From the sequence record PZ476263.1: a stretch of 64,000 bases of DNA. One strand, given 5' to 3'. A program made the translations under genes and the position numbers. Shown in pieces: positions 26,602 through 38,335 of the stretch (positions are counted from its first letter, which is position 1; each line of letters begins with the position of its first letter). Below the pieces are notes generated by a model, which saw only the letters and a program-made list of their open reading frames with translations, made no database searches and was not told the origin of the DNA. Origin of the DNA: a phage.

Positions 26602-27686
26602 TGATTAAGACGTTGATAGAGAAAGGACGCAAGATTAAATCTCGCGGAATTGCTCTAACTCACAAAGACCAAGGTTACAGTGCTAATAATCGTCCTGTAA
26701 GCCTTCTCACCAAATCTGATATTGACCCGAATAAATTGACGGTTGATATTATCAAAACTTTAGAGCAAGTTCAGGTAACCCTGAGCATGGAAGAATTTCT
26801 TCGTAGATTCTTCGGTCTGTGGTCAGACGATGCTGAATTACTCGCAAAGATTCTGGGTTTTAAAACTGAATTTGAAGAGTATGTAGAAAATACAGACGAT
26901 CCTGATACATACGAAGAAGCTTATATTAAGCGTCATCAAGAATATATTGAAGAAAAGCTTACCACACTTTCAATTATCAACAAAGCAAAAGAAGGTGCTG
27001 ACCTTTCACTGTTGGAACGCTACGAACTAATTAAGACTCGTAAGCAATTCGAAGAAGGTTGTGCTGAACTGAATCTTGATTTTGGTGATACATCAACCTT
27101 ACGCAAGCCAGAAATTGATAAGGTAGAGAAATCTGCTGAATCTAAACCTGCAAGCTCCGCTGGAGCTACCACAACCATTAAGGAGACTCCTGTGGAAAAA
27201 GAAGTAGACGTGACTAAGTCTAAGCAATTCATTGACCTTATGAAAGCCAATGAAGCGCTGATGGCACAAGTACAGGGTATGCAAGAGACTTTCCTTGCTG
27301 CTCAAGATATCGTTAAAGCTCAAGCTGTTGCTAAACGTGAAATTGCAATCAACAAAGCTGCAAGCTTTGCATTTGTTGCTGAAGAACAGCGTGAAGCAGT
27401 TGCTGATCTGATTGAAGACCCAGCTAAAGCTACTGTTGTTGCTGTACTGGAAAAAGCCGCCGCCTCCCTGAAAGAAAAAGATGAAGCACTGGCAGCTAAA
27501 GACGCAGAAATCGAAGAGATCAAAAAATCCTTCGCTAATGGTGAAGAAACTGGTGCTGATGGTCAACTGACTGAAGTTGCTAAAGGTGCTGAAGATGCTC
27601 AAGCTCGCTTGAATCGTATTATCGCAGACCGCGCTGCTGAAATTGCTAAAGCTGCAAGTGGCACTTCTGAATTTATTAACGTCTAA
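26601..27686 (+). CDS. scaffolding protein
   Basis: 361 aa, acidic, Ala/Glu/Lys-rich predicted helical protein (AKAQAVAKREIAINKAASFAFVAEEQREAVADLIEDPAKA). Confidence 0.55.
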   Translation: MIKTLIEKGRKIKSRGIALTHKDQGYSANNRPVSLLTKSDIDPNKLTVDIIKTLEQVQVTLSMEEFLRRFFGLWSDDAELLAKILGFKTEFEEYVENTDDPDTYEEAYIKRHQEYIEEKLTTLSIINKAKEGADLSLLERYELIKTRKQFEEGCAELNLDFGDTSTLRKPEIDKVEKSAESKPASSAGATTTIKETPVEKEVDVTKSKQFIDLMKANEALMAQVQGMQETFLAAQDIVKAQAVAKREIAINKAASFAFVAEEQREAVADLIEDPAKATVVAVLEKAAASLKEKDEALAAKDAEIEEIKKSFANGEETGADGQLTEVAKGAEDAQARLNRIIADRAAEIAKAASGTSEFINV

Positions 27687-27706
27687 TTATCGAGGAAACA
27701 AATAGA

Positions 27707-28132
27707 ATGGCTAAAGCACACGTTGTAACTCTTGAAGGGAACTATTCCGATATCGTACTGGGCCGTGTTGTTGCATTTGGTGACACGGGTTGGAACTTTG
27801 AAGAAGTAGATATGGCATACACCGCTGACCTAGTGGCTGGCCTGCTGGTAGCTGCCGATGGTACTCCGGCTGCGGCTGCTGCTGATGTATACGGTGTTCT
27901 GGTTGACCGTAAAGTCCTGCCTGGTGTTACTAAGCATGATGGTGCAACCCCTATGGCTGGTGAAACCCTGCCTATGACTATCGCTGTTCGTGGTCTGACC
28001 CTGAACGCAACTAAACTGGTTTACGCTGATGGTAGCCCAATTGACGACGCTGGTAAGCTGGCTCTGTCTAAAGCTGGTAACCAAGTAACTGATCGTGTAG
28101 TAGCTACCGAATTCCTCGGCGCTATCCTGTAA
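27707..28132 (+). CDS. head decoration protein (lambda gpD-like position)
   Basis: 141 aa gene directly upstream of major capsid gene; shares its strong codon bias. Confidence 0.45.
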   Translation: MAKAHVVTLEGNYSDIVLGRVVAFGDTGWNFEEVDMAYTADLVAGLLVAADGTPAAAAADVYGVLVDRKVLPGVTKHDGATPMAGETLPMTIAVRGLTLNATKLVYADGSPIDDAGKLALSKAGNQVTDRVVATEFLGAIL

Positions 28133-28155
28133 TTATTTCGAAGGAGACATTTTAA

Positions 28156-29151
28156 ATGCAAAACGGTGATTTTCAAATTCTGGATTATACTGGCCTGATT
28201 CAAACCCTGCCGCGTGTTGATACCCTGCTGCAAAGCATGAATCTGTTCACTGAGAACTTTGGTCGTACTACTATCGCTAAAATCGAACGTCGTGATGACG
28301 GTGCTGGTCAGATCAATGCTGTTCAGCGTGGTAGCGTTCGTCAGCACCTGGGTAATGATCGTAAAAAGATCGCAAACCTGAACATCCCGTTCTTCCCTCT
28401 GGACCGTTCTATTGACCGTGCTGATATCCAGAACTTCCGTGAATTCGGTACGGATAATGCTCCGGCAACCGTAGAAGCTGAAGTTGCTCGTCACCTGGCT
28501 CGTATTCGTCGTAGCCATGCGGCACTGAAATCCAAAGCAATGTATGCTGCACTGAAGGGTACTTCTTGGTCCCCGAACGATCCGGTTTGTGATTACGACT
28601 ACTACGATGTTTGGGGTGTTACCCAGCAGACCGCCGATATCGACTTCACCGCTCTGGCGGTTGACCCGATTGAAGTTATCGAAGCTGAAGCTCGTGCTCA
28701 CATCATCGATTACGCTGGCGACAGTGGTGACAACTACGAAATCGTAGTTATGGCATCCCGTCAGTGGTTCTCTGCACTGATCGCTCACCCGCAGGTAACT
28801 GGTGCTTACTCTCAGTATCCGTCTACTCAGGAAGTTCTGCGTCGTCGTCTGGGTGGCAATGCTAACAACCGTATCTTCGAACACAAGAACGTGCTGTTCA
28901 TCGAAGATATTTCCGGTAACATCCCAGCTGGTGAAGCTTATATCTTCCCTCGTGGCATCGACCGTATGTTTGAAATCTACTACGCGCCGAGCGACACTCT
29001 GGAAGGTGCTAACCAAGTTGCACAGGAACTGTATGTATTCTTCAAAGAATCTCAGTACCTGCGTGAAGCTAAGATCGAATCTGAAACTTCCTTCCTGACA
29101 GTTAACAACCGCCCTGAGCTGGTAGTTAAGTCAACTGGTAAGTTTGAATAA
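28156..29151 (+). CDS. major capsid protein (lambda gpE-like)
   Basis: 331 aa; highly biased codon usage (CTG, CGT, GGT) typical of abundant virion protein; strong RBS; followed by terminator. Confidence 0.6.
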   Translation: MQNGDFQILDYTGLIQTLPRVDTLLQSMNLFTENFGRTTIAKIERRDDGAGQINAVQRGSVRQHLGNDRKKIANLNIPFFPLDRSIDRADIQNFREFGTDNAPATVEAEVARHLARIRRSHAALKSKAMYAALKGTSWSPNDPVCDYDYYDVWGVTQQTADIDFTALAVDPIEVIEAEARAHIIDYAGDSGDNYEIVVMASRQWFSALIAHPQVTGAYSQYPSTQEVLRRRLGGNANNRIFEHKNVLFIEDISGNIPAGEAYIFPRGIDRMFEIYYAPSDTLEGANQVAQELYVFFKESQYLREAKIESETSFLTVNNRPELVVKSTGKFE

Positions 29152-29168
29152 TTTTAATAACTATCTTA

Positions 29169-29196
29169 AAGGTCACCTTCGGGTGGCCTTTTTTAT
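29169..29196 (+). terminator. intrinsic terminator (UUCG tetraloop)
   Basis: AGGTCACC-ttcg-GGTGGCCT followed by TTTTTTATT. Confidence 0.65.
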
Positions 29197-29213
29197 TATG
29201 CCTGTACATTTTG

Positions 29214-29222
29214 GATAAAATA
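29214..29222 (+). promoter_or_regulatory. late-type promoter element GATAAAATA
   Basis: ttTGGATAAAATAgtg directly after capsid terminator. Confidence 0.4.
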
Positions 29223-29275
29223 GTGTACTATTATAAGATAGGCCCTTAATATAATCAATGACGAAGGAGTTATTA

Positions 29276-29887
29276 ATGTCTAAATCAACTCACTTAGAAA
29301 TCTTTCGAAGTGAATATCACATGCTCAAATTCTTTGGGGAATATCTTGAAAAGTTAGATGTTAATACATCTGCTCGATTGGGAGCTTTCCTTTATAGTTA
29401 TGACGGAAACTTAGTTCTGGCCCGTGGCCTTTATGATTTTCTTTCTCAAATGGAAAAAATGACTGCCTTGGGTATTGATGTTAAATCATCTACTCAGAAA
29501 GGTACTAGCTTCTTGGTATTTTTTAAAGAAAAACCAAAAGCCCCTGAAAAATTCCGTCAAGATGTTAAAAAGATTGAAGCTTTGAAAGAAGCAATTGTAG
29601 TAGCTACTCCAGCTAAAACTATGGAGGAGACTATCCTTGTTTCTACGAAAGTAGAAGAAGAGGGTAAATCTGAAGAGACTGTGGAAGTAGAAGAAAAAGT
29701 TGTTAAGTCTTCTCGTAGTCAAGAAGAAAAAGCAGAGATCTTAGCAAAAGCGGAAGAACTTCGTGATGACAGTAAGAAAGCTGCTGCAAAAGCTGCACTC
29801 GAAGCTTTCGGTATGGAACACGGTGTTTCTCTGAGCAAAGGTAAAACCTTTGATGCGATGTTGGAAGATTTAGCTGCTGCACTTTAA
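29276..29887 (+). CDS. hypothetical structural-region protein
   Basis: AAGGAG RBS before ATG at 29276; charged Lys/Glu/Ala-rich C-terminal half. Confidence 0.4.
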   Translation: MSKSTHLEIFRSEYHMLKFFGEYLEKLDVNTSARLGAFLYSYDGNLVLARGLYDFLSQMEKMTALGIDVKSSTQKGTSFLVFFKEKPKAPEKFRQDVKKIEALKEAIVVATPAKTMEETILVSTKVEEEGKSEETVEVEEKVVKSSRSQEEKAEILAKAEELRDDSKKAAAKAALEAFGMEHGVSLSKGKTFDAMLEDLAAAL

Positions 29888-29940
29888 TCCCGCCTCAAGC
29901 CCCTACTCTGGGGCTTAAATTCCTAGGAGAAATTTAATAA

Positions 29941-32900
29941 ATGTCTGAATACAATGATAAGGTCGTAGAGGCTTTTGTTACTGCCCCAGATCCTGTCGTT
30001 ACTACCAGTGGTGGTGGAGTTATTTTTAACGGTATTGAAACTCGTGATACCGTTTCTACCACTTTGGTTGGTGATGGTACTGTAACTGCGCCTCTTCAAG
30101 CACAAATTCGTGTTTCTCGTCGAGCAGGTAACGCCCTTCAGGTAGTTCAAACTGAAAGTGAACAAGGTCTGTTTGCATCGGCAGGCGAAGCTAAAGTTTC
30201 CGTATCTGCTGTCAACGTTGCAAAATATGTTACAGCTGAAGAAGCTGCAAGTCAAGGTGATGCTGCACTGGAAGGTGTTTTAGTAGAACCTGTTCACTTA
30301 ACCACCACAGCAGCAACATCTGGATTACAGATCAGTGCAGATCCTCTGACTGGTAAAAAATCTCGAATCGGTCTTGTTGTTTCACCTGCTGCCACTAACG
30401 CACTGTCTTTAGAAGAAGATGGTTTGTCTGTTAAAGTGTCTCCAGCTATTGATAACAACATTCAAGTTCGTGAAGGTGCTCTGTATGTTCCTCCGAGCAA
30501 TGCAGAAGTATCTCCTGATTCCGACAACAAGCTTGAATTACGTTCCAATGGTCTTTATGTTGCCACTGTAAAAGGTGACAAAGGCGACCAGGGTGAACAA
30601 GGCCCAGCGGGTCCTCAAGGTGAAGTAGGTCCAGAAGGTCCGCAAGGTCCGGCTGGAGAGAAGGGTGACCAAGGTGAACAAGGACCTCAAGGTGACAAAG
30701 GGGATCAGGGCGTAGCTGGTCCAGCAGGTCCACAAGGTGCTCGTGGTCCAGAAGGTCCTCGTGGTGAAACTGGCTTGGGCATTAATGTTCTGAGTTCTTT
30801 AGACTCGGAAGATCAGTTGCCTTCTGTTGTTGATTTACAGAATGGTGATACCTATGTAATCGGACAAAACTTCTTTACTGTCATCACTGAAGGTGGTGTA
30901 AAACAGTGGAGAAATATTGGTAACTTCGCAGGCCCAGAAGGTCAATCTGCATTTGAAGTTGCTGAGACTGCTGGATTTGTTGGTACTGTAGATGATTGGT
31001 TAGCAAGTCTTCGCGGTGCTGATGGTATCGGTCTTCAGCTTCTTGGCGCTCTGCGTCGTGTGGAAGACTTACCGGAAGAAGGCAACCGACAAGGCGATGC
31101 TTATATCATTCAGGAACAAATGTATGTTTGGACTGGTGATGTAGATCGTTGGCAGATTGTAGGTCAGATTGGCCCAGAAGGTCGTTCTGCTTATCAGGTT
31201 TGGTTGGCGAATGGCAATACTGGATCACAAGTTGACTTCCTTAACTCACTCAAGGGTGAAAAGGGAGATACGGGTGAGCAAGGTCCTCAGGGGGAAAGGG
31301 GCGAAGACGGTAAAAACGCAAACGCAATCAACATCCTTGGTAGTGTAGCTGATGAAGCTTCTCTTCCAGAAGGCGCTGATGCAGGTGATGCCTACCTTAT
31401 TGGGACTAACGTCTTTGTATCAGACGGCGCTGGTAACTGGGAAAATTTGGGATCTTTCCAAGGCCCACAAGGTGATCAGGGTGTTAAAGGTGACAAAGGC
31501 GATAAGGGAGACAAGGGCGATAAAGGTGATAAAGGTGATGACAACTACACCATTGCTGTTGCTAACGGTTTCGTCGGATCTGTAACTGAATACCTTGCGT
31601 CCATTAAGGGTGAGAAAGGTGATGTAGGTGCAACTGGTCCCCGTGGTCTTACTGGTCCACAGGGTGAACAGGGTCCCGTCGGTGCTGGTCTGAATATTCT
31701 CGGATCTTTCGAGGATGAGTCTGAACTGCCAACTTCTGGAATTACCGAAGGTGATGCCTACCTGATCCAAGGATTCCTTTATATCTTTACTGGAGGTTCT
31801 TTTAAGAACGTTGGTGAAGTTAAGGGTCCTAAAGGAGATCAGGGCGATGTAGGACCTGCGGGTCCACAGGGTGAGCAGGGTATTGCGGGACCACAAGGCC
31901 AGCAAGGTTTAGTTGGACCTGCGGGTCCTCAAGGCGAGACTGGTCCACAAGGCCCAGAAGGTCCAGAAGGTCCTCAAGGTCCTCAAGGAGCGCAGGGTGA
32001 AAAAGGCGATATTGGTAGTGGCCTTATTGCTCGTGGAACTGTTGAAACATCTGTGCAATTGCCTAGTGACGCTGCAATCGGTGATTTTTACGTTGTAACT
32101 TCCGAAGGTATTGGCTATGCTTGGGACGGTTCTGATTGGGTAGCCACAGGATTAGCACAAGGACCTATAGGTCCTGCTGGAGCTGATGGTGCCAAGGGTG
32201 AAAAAGGCGACAAAGGAGATCAAGGAGAAAAAGGCGACGCTGGTACAGGTCTGACTCCGAAAGGTCTTGTTGACACATCTTCTGACTTACCTTCTTCTGC
32301 TGAAGTTGGTGATTTCTACGTAGCTGCTGACACTGGTATTGGTTATGCTTGGGACGGCACTTCTTTTGTAGAGTCCGGCACTGTACGTGGACCACAAGGT
32401 GAAGCGGGTCCTCAGGGCGAAGCAGGTCCAGAAGGTCCGCAAGGCCCTCAGGGTGGAATAGGTCCCGTTGGACCAGAAGGTCCGCAAGGTATCGCTGGCC
32501 CTAAAGGGGATAAAGGTGACGTTGGTAGTGGTTTAATCCCTCGTGGAACAATCCCGACTATGGCAGACCTTCCTTTGACTGGTGAAGTTGGTGACTTTTA
32601 CGTAGCCAATGATACGGGAATCGGCTATGCCTTTAACGGGACTGCTTTTATAGAGTCTGGGGTTGCTCGCGGCCCTCAGGGCGAGAAGGGTGAAACTGGT
32701 GCAGTTGGACCGCAGGGTCCGGTTGGTGCTACTGGTGCAATTGGACCGCAGGGTCCTCAGGGTGCTCAAGGTGAACAGGGCATTCAAGGTGAACGAGGAG
32801 AAATCGGTCCTCAGGGTGAGAAAGGTGACACTGGAGAGCAGGGTCCTCAAGGGGATATCGGTCCAGGGGTTGAGATCATCGGTAAATTCGATAACTCTTC

Positions 32901-33729
32901 CGAACTTCCTTCTACTGGTCAATTAGGTCAAGGTTATCTGATCCAAGGTGATTTCTGGGGATGGACAGGTACTGCTTATGAAAACTTAGGTCGTATTCAA
33001 GGTCCTGTAGGCCCTGTAGGTCCGACTGGTAACCAAGGTCCACAAGGTCCTGTCGGTGTTAAAGGGGATAAAGGTGACCAAGGTACTTTGTGGATTGTAT
33101 TCGCAAGGGATCCTTTGGTAAGTGATGGTCGTGTCAACGACTTCTTCCTGAACTCTTCTACTTTGGAATACTTCCGTAAAACGTCTGCAACTAACTGGGC
33201 TTCCCTCGGATACTTGGGTGGTGGTAACGTTTATGATGCACCTGGGGATGGTAAAGCTTACGTCCGTCAAGATCAGGGCTGGTCTGAATTAACTTACCCT
33301 GTCAATGAAGCACCTACCGATGGCGGTGATTATGTTCGTAAGAATGGTACTTGGAGCACTCTGGTTATTCCGGTAACGGAAGCTCCGCTGGAAGGTGGAT
33401 TCTACGTCCGTGAAAACGGTGAGTGGGTGAAACTCGACAAATACGACTTGCGTGTAATTGCTTCTACTGGTGTGGTTGATGCATCTCAGGCCAACAGCTG
33501 GACTTTGGACGGAACAACCAGTAAGTCCTTGGTGATTAATAACCTTCCCGAAGGCCGAGCAATGACTCTTGTACTGAGATTCACTGGTAACGGTGGAAAC
33601 ATTACTTGGGACTCTAAGATCGCATGGTCTAATGGTACAGCACCTGTGCTGGGAGTTACCCGTACTATCCTGACTCTGTTCTGGGATGGTGAGTTCCTTA
33701 CTGGTACTCAAGCAATGACTGTTGGTTAA
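29941..33729 (+). CDS. collagen-like repeat fiber protein (1262 aa)
   Basis: multiple G-X-Y runs ([25 protein letters not shown]...) alternating with eight ~35-aa modules (LP..G..GD.Y.....G..W); C-terminal triple YVR.NG.W repeats. Confidence 0.7.
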   Translation: MSEYNDKVVEAFVTAPDPVVTTSGGGVIFNGIETRDTVSTTLVGDGTVTAPLQAQIRVSRRAGNALQVVQTESEQGLFASAGEAKVSVSAVNVAKYVTAEEAASQGDAALEGVLVEPVHLTTTAATSGLQISADPLTGKKSRIGLVVSPAATNALSLEEDGLSVKVSPAIDNNIQVREGALYVPPSNAEVSPDSDNKLELRSNGLYVATVKGDKGDQGEQGPAGPQGEVGPEGPQGPAGEKGDQGEQGPQGDKGDQGVAGPAGPQGARGPEGPRGETGLGINVLSSLDSEDQLPSVVDLQNGDTYVIGQNFFTVITEGGVKQWRNIGNFAGPEGQSAFEVAETAGFVGTVDDWLASLRGADGIGLQLLGALRRVEDLPEEGNRQGDAYIIQEQMYVWTGDVDRWQIVGQIGPEGRSAYQVWLANGNTGSQVDFLNSLKGEKGDTGEQGPQGERGEDGKNANAINILGSVADEASLPEGADAGDAYLIGTNVFVSDGAGNWENLGSFQGPQGDQGVKGDKGDKGDKGDKGDKGDDNYTIAVANGFVGSVTEYLASIKGEKGDVGATGPRGLTGPQGEQGPVGAGLNILGSFEDESELPTSGITEGDAYLIQGFLYIFTGGSFKNVGEVKGPKGDQGDVGPAGPQGEQGIAGPQGQQGLVGPAGPQGETGPQGPEGPEGPQGPQGAQGEKGDIGSGLIARGTVETSVQLPSDAAIGDFYVVTSEGIGYAWDGSDWVATGLAQGPIGPAGADGAKGEKGDKGDQGEKGDAGTGLTPKGLVDTSSDLPSSAEVGDFYVAADTGIGYAWDGTSFVESGTVRGPQGEAGPQGEAGPEGPQGPQGGIGPVGPEGPQGIAGPKGDKGDVGSGLIPRGTIPTMADLPLTGEVGDFYVANDTGIGYAFNGTAFIESGVARGPQGEKGETGAVGPQGPVGATGAIGPQGPQGAQGEQGIQGERGEIGPQGEKGDTGEQGPQGDIGPGVEIIGKFDNSSELPSTGQLGQGYLIQGDFWGWTGTAYENLGRIQGPVGPVGPTGNQGPQGPVGVKGDKGDQGTLWIVFARDPLVSDGRVNDFFLNSSTLEYFRKTSATNWASLGYLGGGNVYDAPGDGKAYVRQDQGWSELTYPVNEAPTDGGDYVRKNGTWSTLVIPVTEAPLEGGFYVRENGEWVKLDKYDLRVIASTGVVDASQANSWTLDGTTSKSLVINNLPEGRAMTLVLRFTGNGGNITWDSKIAWSNGTAPVLGVTRTILTLFWDGEFLTGTQAMTVG

Positions 33730-33739
33730 TTTTCAATAA

Positions 33740-33760
33740 GGGGGCTTCGGCCCCCATTTT
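33740..33760 (+). terminator. UUCG-tetraloop hairpin, possible terminator/attenuator
   Basis: GGGGGC-ttcg-GCCCCC followed by ATTTT then AAGGAG RBS. Confidence 0.4.
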
Positions 33761-33771
33761 AAGGAGAAGTA

Positions 33772-34407
33772 ATGAGTATTAAAATTTATGGCTGGGTTCC
33801 AATGATTCGTATGTCCGACATGCGTTATCCTGTTTACCTTTCCGACTTTAAAGCTGAATATACCAACGTATCTACCGGAAGCTTCGTCTATGAAGAGGGT
33901 ATGGCTGAATTTGGTTATTACCCTGTTCTTGATGTTGATATTCCGCAAGGTGATGTAGTTACCGAAGGAGCACCAGTTCAAGGTGAGGATGGCAAATGGT
34001 ATAAATCTTGGAACTCTCGTGACTACACCGAAGAAGAGATCGCTGATAACCTTCGTCGTCAAAAAGAACAATTAATCTACTCTGCCAAATCTAATTTCGA
34101 AAATGAAAACATGGGGGGTGTAGAAGTTGATGGTAGTTTCTATTCTGTAGATTCAAATTCACTCTCTCTTTATCATTCTATTCTCTCTGTTGCAGAAATG
34201 TCTGAAGACGACAAATTGTTCAGTCTGTTAACTTACGACAATAAGGTTATCGAACATCTCCGTTTAGATGCAATCGAACTTATTGAAGAAATAATTTCCG
34301 TGTATGTAGAAAGCTACAATAATATGACGGCTTTCATTAAAGAAGTGAATGTTGCAAAAAATATGGAAGAATTACCTTCCGTACCTGAGTCTTTCCGCAT
34401 TGCTTAA
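33772..34407 (+). CDS. hypothetical protein between fiber genes (possible fiber assembly factor)
   Basis: 211 aa ORF, acidic C-terminal half. Confidence 0.35.
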   Translation: MSIKIYGWVPMIRMSDMRYPVYLSDFKAEYTNVSTGSFVYEEGMAEFGYYPVLDVDIPQGDVVTEGAPVQGEDGKWYKSWNSRDYTEEEIADNLRRQKEQLIYSAKSNFENENMGGVEVDGSFYSVDSNSLSLYHSILSVAEMSEDDKLFSLLTYDNKVIEHLRLDAIELIEEIISVYVESYNNMTAFIKEVNVAKNMEELPSVPESFRIA

Positions 34408-34419
34408 TCGAGGTAATAT

Positions 34420-36036
<1,617 letters not shown>

Positions 36037-36074
36037 TTTAATTATAATTCACAGGGACGTGATTAGGAGATAAT

Positions 36075-37658
36075 ATGACGAATTCTGTAGTAGGTATGGC
36101 AGGTCACAATAATGGTGTATTTTATGGATACTCTCTTTATGACTTGGAGCAAAAAAGAAAGATAGCCTTTAAAGATTTAACTAAGGGTGACTCAGGGGCG
36201 AAGGGCGATAAGGGTGATCCTGGTCCAGAAGGTCCACAAGGTGATAAAGGAGATACCGGAGAGCAAGGCCCTGTAGGACCTCAAGGTCCTGCTGGTGCAC
36301 CAGGGCAACAAGGTGTGCCTGGTGAAAGAGGACCTCAAGGTCCCGAAGGCCCACAAGGCCCTCAAGGCCCAATTGGTCCCGAAGGACCAGTAGGACCAAT
36401 CGGCTCCCAAGGTCCCGAAGGTCCTAAAGGAGAGCAAGGTGAACAAGGCCCTTCTGGATCTCAAGGTCCTCAAGGATTAAAAGGGGATACAGGGGCACAA
36501 GGACCTCAAGGTCCCGTTGGACCCAGAGGAGAGACAGGTGCAACAGGACCTGTTGGACCTAAAGGGGACACAGGCCCAACAGGTCCAAAAGGAGAAACGG
36601 GTGAACAGGGACCCATTGGTCCGCAAGGACCTAAGGGTGATACAGGTCCCGTGGGTCCTGCAAGCTTAACCTTCAGAGGTTTCTATGAACCTCTTGAAGA
36701 ATACAACGAAAAGGATACAGTAGCTTATAATGGTTCTACTTATTTTGCGTTAAGAACCAGTACAGGAGCAACACCGGATATTTCTCCCGATGACTGGGCA
36801 TTACTTGCAGCTGAAGGTGCAGTTGGACCACAAGGACCTATGGGACCAGAGGGTCCGCAAGGTATCGCTGGTGCTCAAGGTCAGGAAGGCCCTATAGGAC
36901 CGCAAGGTGAACAGGGTCCGGTTGGACCTGTTGGCCCACAAGGCCCACAAGGTCCTGCGGGTCAGGAAGGAATAGAAGGCCCTCAGGGACCTCAAGGAGA
37001 AGAAGGCCCTATGGGACCTCAGGGACCACAAGGGATTGTAGGACCAACAGGTCCACAAGGCCCTCAAGGCCCCAAAGGGGACACTGGTGCAGTTGGACCA
37101 CAAGGTCCTCAAGGCCAACAAGGTCTTGATGGTCCACAAGGCCCTGCTGGTCCGCAAGGCGAAAGAGGTGTTACTGGACTAACCGGACCCCAAGGTCCCA
37201 AGGGTGATATCGGCCCTGTGGGTCCGGCTGGCCCTCAAGGTAAGGATGGTAATTCTTACACTATCTACAACTGGGGCAACATATCAACGGGCTATGGTGA
37301 GATGGTAATACCTGGTGTTACTAACACAGTATTCAGAGTGAGACGAGTAGGAACCACATTAGAATACAGTGTACTTAGTAAAGGTGGTGCGAATAGATAC
37401 CTTGACTTCCATACCATAATTCCAGCCCCCTCTACAGGGGGCGCTGTAATTATCCAATCAGGAAATACAACATTGACATCCTCCAGCTCTTTAAATGTTG
37501 TTACATCTGCACCTCCTGGTCTTGGTTTTCGACCAATATTCATCTCTTTAAAAGAGTGGGGAGATAGGGCAATAGTAACCATAGAGGTTTTCCACACAGG
37601 TAGAAGTGGAGATTCCAGTTACCCAATACATGTTCGTATGCTAACGACGAAGTATTGA
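36075..37658 (+). CDS. collagen-like fiber protein, paralog B (527 aa)
   Basis: N-terminal [25 protein letters not shown] runs, central [12 protein letters not shown] module, different C-terminal domain. Confidence 0.65.
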   Translation: MTNSVVGMAGHNNGVFYGYSLYDLEQKRKIAFKDLTKGDSGAKGDKGDPGPEGPQGDKGDTGEQGPVGPQGPAGAPGQQGVPGERGPQGPEGPQGPQGPIGPEGPVGPIGSQGPEGPKGEQGEQGPSGSQGPQGLKGDTGAQGPQGPVGPRGETGATGPVGPKGDTGPTGPKGETGEQGPIGPQGPKGDTGPVGPASLTFRGFYEPLEEYNEKDTVAYNGSTYFALRTSTGATPDISPDDWALLAAEGAVGPQGPMGPEGPQGIAGAQGQEGPIGPQGEQGPVGPVGPQGPQGPAGQEGIEGPQGPQGEEGPMGPQGPQGIVGPTGPQGPQGPKGDTGAVGPQGPQGQQGLDGPQGPAGPQGERGVTGLTGPQGPKGDIGPVGPAGPQGKDGNSYTIYNWGNISTGYGEMVIPGVTNTVFRVRRVGTTLEYSVLSKGGANRYLDFHTIIPAPSTGGAVIIQSGNTTLTSSSSLNVVTSAPPGLGFRPIFISLKEWGDRAIVTIEVFHTGRSGDSSYPIHVRMLTTKY

Positions 37659-37662
37659 CATG

Positions 37663-37690
37663 AAAGCCACCTTCGGGTGGCTTTATTTTT
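37663..37690 (+). terminator. intrinsic terminator (UUCG tetraloop)
   Basis: AAAGCCACC-ttcg-GGTGGCTTT followed by ATTTTTAT. Confidence 0.65.
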
Positions 37691-37748
37691 ATACAAATGA
37701 CTTTCTTTTAATTTTGTGATAACATGTTTTAATACACTGGAGGATAAT

Positions 37749-38273
37749 ATGACTGATGCAGAAGTAGTACAGCTTGTTCGTAACTTTTTAGGCGGACTTA
37801 CTGAAGATGAAATGCCTGATAGCATGATTCTGTTTTTCTATAATAAATGGAAGGTTTGTTACGACTTAGAAAACAGGCCAGATCAATTTTCAATTATTCT
37901 GTACAATACCGTGCTTGATTGCGTACGTTGGCTTATTGTTCAGGAAGTTTCAAGTGGAGCTTCTGCAATTCGTGAACGATTCGAAAAAGTCGGTGATGAA
38001 ACCATATCCGTTAAATACGGGTCTAACTCTGGAAACTGGCAAGACTTCCTCGACTGGTTGACCGAACATCCTGAATATATTGATCCCTGCCTTAAGGATA
38101 ATGCCGTAGGTTCTGGGCTTGGTCTAATTATTATCGGTGGAACAAGAAAGGGGGAATTTGCAAGAGTTAAAAGAAATCGTGATTCTTTCAATGGCTTTAT
38201 GGAACCAGGTATTTTCCCTGCTGCGGGTACAAGAACTGGTGTCAAAAAGCGTAATCCTTGGATGGTCAACTAA
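37749..38273 (+). CDS. head-tail joining / neck protein (putative)
   Basis: ATG at 37749 after GGAGG RBS; position between fiber and tail genes. Confidence 0.3.
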   Translation: MTDAEVVQLVRNFLGGLTEDEMPDSMILFFYNKWKVCYDLENRPDQFSIILYNTVLDCVRWLIVQEVSSGASAIRERFEKVGDETISVKYGSNSGNWQDFLDWLTEHPEYIDPCLKDNAVGSGLGLIIIGGTRKGEFARVKRNRDSFNGFMEPGIFPAAGTRTGVKKRNPWMVN

Positions 38274-38335
38274 AGCTTTGACTTTGTTGCTTTTGCTCAT
38301 CTATTGTGGTAAAATAACTTTCATGGAGAATAACC

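Noticed and set aside
28021-29016. 331-aa minus-strand ORF antisense to the major capsid gene (and 27099..27602 antisense to scaffold)
   Set aside because: Strong sense-strand codon bias (NNG/NNT codons) removes stop codons from the antisense frame; Thr/Ser/Val-rich low-complexity translation, no RBS.
31490-31545. Tandem 9-bp DNA repeats (GGTGACAAAGGCGATAAGGGAGACAAGGGCGATAAAGGTGATAAAGGT) considered as a VNTR or CRISPR-like array
   Set aside because: They lie in frame inside the fiber gene and simply encode (GDK)n collagen triplets; no spacers or leader.
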